Below, one piece after another: positions 37,909 to 46,193 of a stretch of DNA of 64,000 nt. Positions within the stretch are counted from its first letter, which is position 1; every line of letters begins with the position of its first letter. The notes under the pieces were generated by a model. It was not told where the DNA came from. It made no database searches and saw only the letters and a program-made list of their open reading frames with translations. The stretch lies in the IMG/VR virus record IMGVR_UViG_3300010355_000588; one strand, written 5' to 3'. This DNA is from a virus. Lineage: Duplodnaviria; Caudoviricetes. Made by a program: the position numbers and the translations under genes.

Positions 37909-38977
37909 AATCTTCCAGAAGTTGTTCTTTTGTTATCCAGCATTTAGCTCGCTTTTTGATATTAACTGAACATTCTAACATCTGTAAATTAGCAACTGAC
38001 GCTATAATTTCAGCTGGTATCTTCTGCTTAAATCCTTCAGCAATAGAAAAAATATGATCTAGATGATAACTATTTATTCTTCTATACAGATGGTTTGGGT
38101 TAATAATGTGTTTGTATTTCTCATAATTTATTTCAGTTAACATACTAACTTGTTTATAGTAATCATATCTTTCTATATCTTCTTGAGTTAGCTCTTTAAA
38201 TGGCTTTCTCTTTTTTAGCCAAGTTAATTTCTTTTTCTGATAAATTTTGTCTCTTTCTTTATCCTCAATATTTTCCCACCAATTTTGGCATTTTGTGTGT
38301 AATTTTTTAATAAATTCTTCCTTTTCAACTGGATTTAGTTTGTTCATCCAACTAAATTTATTGCTTCTTTCTTCTTTTGACATTTTTCCTATTTGTTCAT
38401 TTATCGTATTTTTTGATTTTGTGAATATTTCGCTTTTCTCTTCATCAGTTCTGTTCTTCCATACTTCAGTCTGGCCGTTTTTGGTTTTTTCTATAAATGC
38501 TGAATATCTATCTTCGTCGTGTTTTAATGTTTTTCTGAAATCAGCAGCTGCACATGATCTACACCTAAAGGTATCTTGCTTCTTGATATACTTGGCCTCT
38601 TCAGAAGATATGATATTGAAGGTCTTCTCTTTTTTGCAGTCTATACAATGCAACGTTATATCTATTCTAGGCAACATTTTAGCCTGGCTTCTACATTTGT
38701 TGGAACAGGTATCTGAATAACCAACTGTCAGACTAAAATACTTTCTATTCTTCTTCTGGCATATTGGACACTTTTTGTATTCTATGGCTACGTCATTTAA
38801 AAAGCAGTATAGACGTTCGCTATATGAAATATCTCCGAACTGTTCAGTGCTTTTTATTATATAGTTGAAAATAGCAGGGTGTTTGGATTTAGTAAAATTC
38901 TTAAATCCTTGGGTGTTGAAATTCATTTTCTCGAGAGTGGTTCTTACGAAATTTTTGAGAACTTCTTTGCGTAGCAT
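37886..38977 (-). CDS. HNH homing endonuclease-like protein
   Basis: C-terminal YHLDHIFSIAEGF...NLQML...N.KK; N-terminal Zn ribbons; AT-rich; overlaps gp4 start. Confidence 0.75.
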   Translation of the reverse strand: MLRKEVLKNFVRTTLEKMNFNTQGFKNFTKSKHPAIFNYIIKSTEQFGDISYSERLYCFLNDVAIEYKKCPICQKKNRKYFSLTVGYSDTCSNKCRSQAKMLPRIDITLHCIDCKKEKTFNIISSEEAKYIKKQDTFRCRSCAAADFRKTLKHDEDRYSAFIEKTKNGQTEVWKNRTDEEKSEIFTKSKNTINEQIGKMSKEERSNKFSWMNKLNPVEKEEFIKKLHTKCQNWWENIEDKERDKIYQKKKLTWLKKRKPFKELTQEDIERYDYYKQVSMLTEINYEKYKHIINPNHLYRRINSYHLDHIFSIAEGFKQKIPAEIIASVANLQMLECSVNIKKRAKCWITKEQLLEDYEKGLWL

Positions 38978-39006
38978 GATGGTATTCTTTCTTATGTGGT
39001 TGAAAG

Positions 39007-39014
39007 TATTTATA
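39007..39014 (-). promoter_or_regulatory. Late promoter TATAAATA
   Basis: Exact match upstream of HNH/gp4. Confidence 0.7.
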
Positions 39015-39024
39015 TAAGAAAGAT

Positions 39025-39049
39025 AAAAAAGGGAAGCATTGCGCTTCCC
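39025..39049 (-). terminator. Rho-independent terminator ending the CTS gene array
   Basis: GGGAAGC-gcaat-GCTTCCC-TTTTTT on the minus strand. Confidence 0.8.
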
Positions 39050-39085
39050 TACTTCCGAATTACCACATAAGGAAGATAATATTAT

Positions 39086-39430
39086 TTATTTCTTAGCTCC
39101 AATCAGTTCATCGCGAAGTATCTTGCCTAGCCTTTCGTTTTTGTTCTTGACGTCGGCTTTGGTAAAGGAGGTAGAATGTTTCTGGTTGAGATATTTTAGG
39201 GTAGCTTCGATTTCCTTGTCGTCGATGTCTGGATCTTTACTAACTGCTCTGGTAAGAAAACTTGCAGTAGAAGAAAATGCTTGATCCTTATATCTAGCCA
39301 TCGGCTCGCCCATGAGAGCAGCAAGAATTAGAATATTAGACAAAAAGTTACTTAGCTTTCCCTCTTCTAATTCGACAGTTTGGGCAGGTTCGCTTTCTAG
39401 AAGGCTTCTTACTTTTTGTTCGAACTTCAT
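39086..39430 (-). CDS. Hypothetical protein, CTS-like leader
   Basis: Start reassigned to MKFEQKVRSLLES (SD AAGGA). Confidence 0.7.
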   Translation of the reverse strand: MKFEQKVRSLLESEPAQTVELEEGKLSNFLSNILILAALMGEPMARYKDQAFSSTASFLTRAVSKDPDIDDKEIEATLKYLNQKHSTSFTKADVKNKNERLGKILRDELIGAKK

Positions 39431-39485
39431 CTGGTGTTTCCTTAGCTTCCATATTCTAGCGTTCTCTGATTGTCTGGTGCCATAT

Positions 39486-39560
39486 TCAGGCATTTGTCTT
39501 CATGTCGTCATGGAAACAATTATGGAACGTCTCTCTTATTTGTTTTTCTTCAAATTTCAT
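39486..39560 (-). pseudogene. Truncated CTS-leader gene remnant (MKFEEKQIRE..., 24 aa)
   Basis: Leader start followed by early TGA; leftover sequence to 39431. Confidence 0.5.
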
Positions 39561-39564
39561 CTTA

Positions 39565-39819
39565 TCAGCCTCTATTTAGTTCTCGTTTTTCGTCAACAAG
39601 TTCCACATATTGCTGTTGCAAATCGTTTATGTTCCATTCTAAGTCATAATTTTCTTTCTTGATCTTTTCAGTATAAGATGCTAAAGCCTTCTGATTGTCT
39701 TCCAACTTTTTCTTAGACTTTCCTATGTCTTTAGATATCTTATCTATTTTTGCTTGAATCTGTTTCAAGTCTGACTGTTTGTCTTCAAGCAACTTGTCGA
39801 TTTTTGTCTTGAACTTCAT
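39565..39819 (-). CDS. Coiled-coil protein, CTS-like leader
   Basis: MKFKTKIDKLLED. Confidence 0.7.
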   Translation of the reverse strand: MKFKTKIDKLLEDKQSDLKQIQAKIDKISKDIGKSKKKLEDNQKALASYTEKIKKENYDLEWNINDLQQQYVELVDEKRELNRG

Positions 39820-39830
39820 TTTATTATCCT

Positions 39831-40265
39831 TTATGGAAGCAAATAAAATGTATCTTTTCCACGCATCTTGGTCTCAGTAGCAGCCGCCTTCAGAGCATCC
39901 TTATATTTGCCACGATATTGGAATGCTTGGTCGTCCTTGTAGCTCTCTCCCGAGCGCAGGTACCCGATATGGAACATGAAATATCCTGTTGCAGTTGCCG
40001 CAAATTTTGGTTTCTTCCCATGGACAGCTTCATACTTGATGGTGTCATAAGTTACTCCATCGATCTTTGATTCTGATTCCAACAATTCTTGAATTTTTTC
40101 TTCGAACTTCATAATATTTCCTTCTGGTAGTTTGTCATAATCCACCCCATCTATCCATTCCTTATCCCATACCCACTTCCATTCGGCGGGAGTGGCTGCC
40201 TTTGTCTCATATTGAGAACGCTTGGCCTGAATCAGTTTGAACTGTTTTTTAGATTTAGCAGGCAT
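39831..40265 (-). CDS. Fusion of an MPAKSKKQ-type peptide with an internal CTS-leader protein (second start 40112)
   Basis: Internal SD AAGGA + MKFEEKIQELLES; cargo paralogous to 40566..40823. Confidence 0.65.
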   Translation of the reverse strand: MPAKSKKQFKLIQAKRSQYETKAATPAEWKWVWDKEWIDGVDYDKLPEGNIMKFEEKIQELLESESKIDGVTYDTIKYEAVHGKKPKFAATATGYFMFHIGYLRSGESYKDDQAFQYRGKYKDALKAAATETKMRGKDTFYLLP

Positions 40266-40555
40266 TAAGCAAGCATATCTCCAAATCCATAACCAAGATC
40301 TATATTGAATTTGTTGGACGCCAAAGTTTCGGCAACTTTCGTCTATTCTGCTTCCTTCTTATCTAAACGATTTCTCAAATTCGTCGCGTCGACTTCGATA
40401 TTGTAGAGTTTGATAAGCAAGTCTCTTAACGCTTTAGGAGTATTTGTATCTTTCATCAGCGCTGGCACGTCATTGCCATATAATGGACCTGGATTATCTA
40501 GATAATTTTGGTATGCTGATTCTTCCAGTTCTTTGATCTTTTCGTTAAATTTCAT
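40265..40555 (-). CDS. CTS-leader protein with in-frame TAG at 40343-40345
   Basis: Frame continues 25 codons past the TAG to a TAA overlapping the next ATG (TAATG). Confidence 0.6.
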
Positions 40556-40565
40556 GTCAGCGCCT

Positions 40566-40823
40566 TTATGGTTTTACATAGCTTAGTTCTTTTTCGCCAG
40601 CCTTCTTTGCTTTCTCAATGGCCTTCTTCTTGGCGTCCTTATAGGAACCCTCATATTGGAAAATCTTGTCAAGATATTTGGAATCCTTAGGACCCGAATG
40701 GGTTCCAATCAAGAATGAGAATATTCCGTTATCAGTGTCCTTCGGTTCGTCTTTTGCTTTGAAATATGGATTCGATGCCTCATCCAATAGCTGACTGACA
40801 TATTCTATGAATCTATGTTTCAT
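40566..40823 (-). CDS. Hypothetical protein, CTS-like leader
   Basis: MKHRFIEYVSQLLDEA; FQYEGSYKDAKK motif shared with the 39831 gene. Confidence 0.7.
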   Translation of the reverse strand: MKHRFIEYVSQLLDEASNPYFKAKDEPKDTDNGIFSFLIGTHSGPKDSKYLDKIFQYEGSYKDAKKKAIEKAKKAGEKELSYVKP

Positions 40824-41152
40824 TCGAATATCTCCGATGCTTTTCCAACAAGCTTATTGTCAACATATACGTTATAGTCAATTTTGCGAGATGGGTTCAG
40901 ATCCCGCACCCTCTTGTAAGTCTCTTCAGCAGCATCGATATTGAGCATGGGCTTCTTGGCATCGTGCATTTTGCTTTCGGTTCCATCGTTCTTGAGAGAT
41001 ATGAGCATTACTGGTTTTTTGTCCTGCCGATATTTTGCCAGATCGCTAAAGGCGTGTTTCCAGCCTTTGATAGCTTCTCCCATGGAAGTCTCCTCTGATT
41101 TGCCAAAGGTCGTTGTTCCTAACAACGCTTCAGCAAGTTGGTTGAATTTCAT
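40820..41152 (-). CDS. Hypothetical protein, CTS-like leader
   Basis: MKFNQLAEALL. Confidence 0.65.
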   Translation of the reverse strand: MKFNQLAEALLGTTTFGKSEETSMGEAIKGWKHAFSDLAKYRQDKKPVMLISLKNDGTESKMHDAKKPMLNIDAAEETYKRVRDLNPSRKIDYNVYVDNKLVGKASEIFE

Positions 41153-41214
41153 AGCAATCCTTTATCATATTTGTTAGATTTGTTAAATTTGTTATTCATT
41201 ATTTTTGCCTATAG

Positions 41215-41244
41215 TTACTATATAACAAGATTGGGATTTGTCAA
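41215..41244 (-). promoter_or_regulatory. sigma70-type promoter
   Basis: TTGACA-16 bp-TATAGT. Confidence 0.55.
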
Positions 41245-41269
41245 TAAAGCTATAGACAAAAATACCAAC

Positions 41270-41572
41270 TTATTTTGACTTCTTATATGCAGCTTCAAAG
41301 TCTTTCATCGCCTTAGCTTTGTCTACTTTGGCATCTGGACCAATTGGAAGGAACATCGCAAGCTTTCCATTGATGTAGATTCCCTTTCGGACGACGTCGA
41401 ACTCGGCATCTGGATATTTCTTAAGGAATTCAGCTTGGACTTCGTCAAGAATAGCAAGTGCTTTCTTAGAGACGTCGTCTTTCTGAAACTTAATATCGTT
41501 CATGTAGCGAGAAATATCTTCATGCGAGTAGGAAGCTTCGAGAAGTGAAGCAATTTTTTCTTCAAATTTCAT
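41270..41572 (-). CDS. Hypothetical protein, CTS-like leader
   Basis: MKFEEKIASLLEAS; TATAAATA at 41594-41601. Confidence 0.75.
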   Translation of the reverse strand: MKFEEKIASLLEASYSHEDISRYMNDIKFQKDDVSKKALAILDEVQAEFLKKYPDAEFDVVRKGIYINGKLAMFLPIGPDAKVDKAKAMKDFEAAYKKSK

Positions 41573-41593
41573 GGTATATTCTCCAGTTTATTT

Positions 41594-41601
41594 TATTTAT
41601 A
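41594..41601 (-). promoter_or_regulatory. Late promoter TATAAATA
   Basis: Exact match. Confidence 0.75.
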
Positions 41602-41615
41602 GAATCATTTAGATA

Positions 41616-42182
41616 TTAATTTACGTATTTCTTTATCAGATCATATGTTTTCTTATCCAGATTTACCATGCGCTCCTTGGTTCCTTCGAAGTCGTCGTTC
41701 TTTATATGGTTTCTGACCTCAGTAGCCGACATTACTCTATCTGACAGGGTTACTTCTAGGTCTCCGTTCAGTTTAGTTACGTAGTTCTGAGCCATTTGCT
41801 TGTAGAAAGGTATTCTATCTTCTCCAGCTATCAGCTCCACAGGTTCGTATCCTTCAGCCCTCAGCTTATCGAAGATTTTTACTAGGTCCGCTGATTCTAC
41901 CTGAACGACATCCTTTATCTTAGATATTCTAGCATTTCTGATTATTTTCTCCTGGACATCAGCTGGAAATGGATTCTTGTCTTTATCTTTAGAAGACACC
42001 GTTCCCTTTACAAGAAGCATGATAACTGGATGTTTGGCCTTCTTTACCATAGCTGCGTGTCCGATATGGAATGGCGAATATCTACCAATGATAATGGTGA
42101 CTTTGGTTTTAGCGGGTTCCAAGACATGGTCGTTTGGATTGAAGGCTTCTAAAATTTGTTTGCAACGTTCTATAAATTTCAT
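41616..42182 (-). CDS. HIGH-superfamily nucleotidyltransferase (cytidylyltransferase/NMNAT-like), CTS-like leader
   Basis: IIGRYSPFHIGH, KNPF, AGEDR, MSATEVR; start MKFIERCKQILEA with ATGA overlap. Confidence 0.85.
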   Translation of the reverse strand: MKFIERCKQILEAFNPNDHVLEPAKTKVTIIIGRYSPFHIGHAAMVKKAKHPVIMLLVKGTVSSKDKDKNPFPADVQEKIIRNARISKIKDVVQVESADLVKIFDKLRAEGYEPVELIAGEDRIPFYKQMAQNYVTKLNGDLEVTLSDRVMSATEVRNHIKNDDFEGTKERMVNLDKKTYDLIKKYVN

Positions 42183-43246
42183 AATTTCACCAAAGATATA
42201 ACTTTGACGCCAGGGGCGCCACAAATAACTTCCCATTTTGGTCTTTTATTAGATTCAGCTGACGGCTTTCCTTCCCAATATAATTTTACTTCTTTCATTA
42301 ACAAATCACCATATTTTTTAGCATTATCCTTTCTTTGCTTTGCTGTTTCAGCAAATTCATCTTCTTCTTTCCATCCTGCTCTAATACTTTCAAATTCATC
42401 GATTATGTTCATATCTGCTATATGATATTTTCCAAGTGGTTCTACCATATAAATATATGACCTGCCTAATTTTTTAGCATTATTAACTAGATCATCTAAT
42501 TCCTTGAACGCAAAAACACTGTTCAATCTAGGTGGCTTACTTGATGGTCTATGTTTTTCGAATATTTCTTCTAAATGTTTAATTGATAGATATACTGCCC
42601 ACATTCCACCTTTTACTTTCTCCAATGGGTCCCAATAGCCTTTGATGATTTCACCAGGTTTATATAATTCGGTATGTGTTGCGTGAAAAAACTGGTTTTC
42701 TTTTGGATTTTTAAATATTGCTCTAATATTTGTGTCTGCTTTTTTATCTTTTTCTTTAAAAGATTCTATAACCTGTTTTGTTACACCTATAATGAAGTCA
42801 GATACCTTCATGTTTTTAGGCTTTAGCCAGAGTTGTTCATTAGTTTTTTTGATATCTCCAAGCAATAAACTACCTTTCGCTTTAAGATAAGATCTATCTA
42901 TGATGTTTTTAGATACCTTGTCACGAAAAATATATTGCATCAATTTGTCTTTTGGAAATTTTTCGTAAATCTCTTTTATATGTTTGTCTGTAATTTCAAA
43001 GGCAAGCTGAATCATGCCATGAATATTAGAATCTGCGTTGAATGAATCGAAATCTTCATTGTATTCTAGATTATTTGGTATAAGCTATAATTCTTTATCA
43101 TAGAAAAGCTTGTCTAAAGATTTTACCGTATGATTAAGTTGTCCATTTTTTAGACTATTAAGATTGTCAAGGCCATATAATCCCGTCGCCATGTTATAAT
43201 TGTCTTCAAGTAATAGATATGCATTTACCAATTGTTCAAATTTCAT
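42179..43246 (-). CDS. Arr-like ADP-ribosyltransferase domain protein, CTS-like leader, in-frame TAG at 43085-43087
   Basis: FFHATH..LYKPGEII...RP...PRLNSVFAF...YIYMVEP...YW.G...WEVI; upstream in-frame MKFEQLVNAYLLLED from ATG 43246. Confidence 0.65.
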
Positions 43247-44436
43247 TTTCTATCTCCTCCAAAATAGGCTATTAGCGTGTTTATTTTGTCTTTGTCCATA
43301 TTGTTCAGCTTTGCTGCTTCGGCAGCTATGAACGCTGACTGATTGTCTTTCAGCGGAGAAGGCACGTTAGCTTTCTGTTGTTCCCACTGATCGATTATCT
43401 TATTGATGTCTTTCTGATATTGGTCAAGATGTTTAGCAAAGGTCTTTAGCAATTTGTCCTCAGTTTTGTTATCCATGACGTATTTGAGGGCGAACTTCCT
43501 GGCCTTATATCCGGTCACGTCAGCCATGAACTTCTTCTGGCGCTCTTCCAACATTCCAGATATCTTGAAATATTCTTCCTTTACATATTTCCATTCTGGA
43601 TTCTGGATGCCGACCAAACCACCGATGGTATGGAGAACCAACCCTTCTACTTTCGAGTCCTTGACTCCGAAGAGGCTGCCCTTTTCGTTGGCATATTTGA
43701 CGAAAGCTTCGTTTACTTTGTCTCGTAGCGATTCCAACTCTTCATGGTCGAGAGCATCCACATTAGTAACTACCTTCTTCATTGTCTTGTCGTCGACCTC
43801 GTAGAATAATGGTATGGATCCATTCCAGCGAAAGTCGACGTTGTTCTCGAGGACAGTGAACTCCTTGTTGGACAACGCTCGAATTTCTTTGTTCAGTGGA
43901 TGCCCAGGAACCTTTTCAAATTTTCCATTTTCTAAAAGCAATATGTCGAATATGACGAAGGTGGCGAAGGTGCCTAACTTCTTGGCGTCGTATTTAGTAG
44001 CCACAAAGGTTACGGTGCCATCCTTGTCAATGGGCAATCCATCCAAATAAAATAATTCTCCATATACCTTGAAGTCGCCATATTTCTTGTGTAGCTCCAG
44101 AAGCTTCTTACCAAACTTGCTTTCAATATATCTTAAAACTTCTCCATAGTTCTTCATTGGTCCAGAAAACTTGTCAGCCTTCTGCATGCCAGAGTTCGAC
44201 GTCTCCCCGAAGATCTCTCCTTGATAGACAGCGAACCGAAAGGATGAACCATCGATCTTCTCGGTAATTCGAAGTAAATCTAGATCTATGGCGCCATTCT
44301 TTATATATGGTAGAAGTTCCTTGAAGAACTGGATGAATTCCTTGTCATTCATCTGATGGATCTTCTTCATGGCTTCTCGCTTGGTCTTGGTGTCGACCTC
44401 TGCCTCATTCAATATGTAGTACTTTAGGAAGTTCAT
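43243..44436 (-). CDS. ATP-dependent ligase-like (KxDG) nucleotidyltransferase, RNA-ligase-like; CTS-like leader
   Basis: Motif I TEKIDG, III VYGELF, IIIa FVIFDI, IV VEGLVL; MNFLKYYILNEA. Confidence 0.75.
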   Translation of the reverse strand: MNFLKYYILNEAEVDTKTKREAMKKIHQMNDKEFIQFFKELLPYIKNGAIDLDLLRITEKIDGSSFRFAVYQGEIFGETSNSGMQKADKFSGPMKNYGEVLRYIESKFGKKLLELHKKYGDFKVYGELFYLDGLPIDKDGTVTFVATKYDAKKLGTFATFVIFDILLLENGKFEKVPGHPLNKEIRALSNKEFTVLENNVDFRWNGSIPLFYEVDDKTMKKVVTNVDALDHEELESLRDKVNEAFVKYANEKGSLFGVKDSKVEGLVLHTIGGLVGIQNPEWKYVKEEYFKISGMLEERQKKFMADVTGYKARKFALKYVMDNKTEDKLLKTFAKHLDQYQKDINKIIDQWEQQKANVPSPLKDNQSAFIAAEAAKLNNMDKDKINTLIAYFGGDRK

Positions 44437-45329
44437 GAATATTTCTCCAAGCCTTCTGGAATAGGCACGCCCTGGCTGATGAGACCTCTGACGACATCCG
44501 ACATTATTTTGTCACGTTTATCCGCATAGATGAAATCTTTATCCATGACGATAGAATATAGACTGTCGAAGGTCAGTACGTCTGATGGTTTGTATTTGTT
44601 TGGACCGAAAACATAGTCTAGAATCTTTTGTGGATCTTTAGTGAGAGTCTCTTTGTTTAGGGTCTTTACTGTAGCTGAGATGCCCTTCTTTCCCTTTATG
44701 CTCTGGGTTGCTTTACTTAATCCAGCATTCATGTCGAACATGAAGCGTTTCCATTCAACAGGAACCTCTATTCCTTCAGCATTGAACGCCTTTTCGATGA
44801 CTTCCATCTTGGATTGCTTGATGATACTGATTAGAAGCAGATTTCTATATAGACCTTTCCATTGGCTTTCCCATTCAGCTGGAGCATAATATGCGAAGGT
44901 TGAGAATTCGAGGTTGTCAGTAAGCATCAGATCGAGTTGAACAGACTGATTTTCTTGCTTTCCATCGATATTTGCGATCGGCCATGCTATAGAAATGATA
45001 GAAAATCCATAACTTGGAGTGATCTGATCGGTGAACTTTCTGGATTTGTCGCCAATGAAGTCGATGATGTCTTTTACCGTTGGCTTATTCTTATCTACCA
45101 TCTTCGTCATGTCTATAGCCAAATCGATATCTCCTGAAGATCCACCTGGCTTTTTCTTTCCAGTGCTTCCAAGAACTGCTACGTTGTCCTTTGTTAGTCC
45201 AAGGGTTGGCAGAAGTCTTTTGTAGATGTCATCCAGGGTAGCTTGCACGTTTTCCTGGTTGATTCTAGAAGCTTGGACAGCATTGCCGCCTTCCATTAGC
45301 CTTTCGAGATAATAATTTAGGAATTTCAT
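44433..45329 (-). CDS. Pol-beta superfamily nucleotidyltransferase, CTS-like leader
   Basis: LGSTGKK...SGDIDLAID...VQLDLM; start MKFLNYYLERLMEGGNA. Confidence 0.8.
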   Translation of the reverse strand: MKFLNYYLERLMEGGNAVQASRINQENVQATLDDIYKRLLPTLGLTKDNVAVLGSTGKKKPGGSSGDIDLAIDMTKMVDKNKPTVKDIIDFIGDKSRKFTDQITPSYGFSIISIAWPIANIDGKQENQSVQLDLMLTDNLEFSTFAYYAPAEWESQWKGLYRNLLLISIIKQSKMEVIEKAFNAEGIEVPVEWKRFMFDMNAGLSKATQSIKGKKGISATVKTLNKETLTKDPQKILDYVFGPNKYKPSDVLTFDSLYSIVMDKDFIYADKRDKIMSDVVRGLISQGVPIPEGLEKYS

Positions 45330-45925
45330 TTGAAGTCGATTTTTCCACGTTCGATTCTTTCTTGTATCCAATCTATCGTAGCATATGGACCTTTTATAGA
45401 TCCAACGCTATCTATGACATCGACGCCCGAACTATCTACGACGTCGACAGAAAAAGACGAGAATGTTTGAGATTCTATATATTTCTTCAGACTAGTCCAT
45501 GCCTTTAGAGACATCTTATTGGCAAAAGATATTCCATACATGCCAGCTGTAGGTGCTGAGAATCTGATCCAACCTTTTCCATAAGCCACCTTGAATGGCT
45601 TTATCATTGCTTGCATTGGGCTGGGAGAATCGGCATCCAAGAGGTGAGCAGCCAGATCCCGATGGGTTCTGAACTTCTTGTTGTCGAGGTTCAGTTGCTT
45701 TCCCTTTTCGTCGAACCAACAGGGCGTCAGTTGAGTGGCCTCGTTTAGACCAACCATCTCTTTTTTATGGTTCAATTTGAAAGTCTTGTCCTTGACATGC
45801 TTTATGCCATCTTTAGTATAAACGTCTCCCGAGAAATCTTTGTAAATTCCTGGAAGATTAGCCACCATCAGTATGGTGTCCTTTTCCTTCTCGAGAATTT
45901 CTTTGACTTTTTCTAGATATCTCAT
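45326..45925 (-). CDS. Hypothetical protein, CTS-like leader
   Basis: MRYLEKVKEILE; WF..KG...H...GWIRF. Confidence 0.65.
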   Translation of the reverse strand: MRYLEKVKEILEKEKDTILMVANLPGIYKDFSGDVYTKDGIKHVKDKTFKLNHKKEMVGLNEATQLTPCWFDEKGKQLNLDNKKFRTHRDLAAHLLDADSPSPMQAMIKPFKVAYGKGWIRFSAPTAGMYGISFANKMSLKAWTSLKKYIESQTFSSFSVDVVDSSGVDVIDSVGSIKGPYATIDWIQERIERGKIDFK

Positions 45926-46179
45926 AAGGTGTTTAGAATGTTTGAAAAGTCGTCCTTGATCTTCTGGTCGTCGAATTTCTTGGACATGTCAACCATCATG
46001 GACGTCAGCTTCGTTATGTTCGAATCGATATTCTTCATAGCAAGACCAAAAAGAGGTTCGAACATCTGACGTGCCAACTTATGCTTCTTTATGAACGAAT
46101 CTAAAGCAGCTATGAATTTCCGTTCCTTGTCCTCGTTTTCCAGCACCCTCTGATAAGCCTTCATGAATCTAAATTCCAT
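45922..46179 (-). CDS. Hypothetical protein, CTS-like leader
   Basis: MEFRFMKAYQRVLEN. Confidence 0.6.
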   Translation of the reverse strand: MEFRFMKAYQRVLENEDKERKFIAALDSFIKKHKLARQMFEPLFGLAMKNIDSNITKLTSMMVDMSKKFDDQKIKDDFSNILNTL

Positions 46180-46193
46180 TCTTCTTTCTCCGT

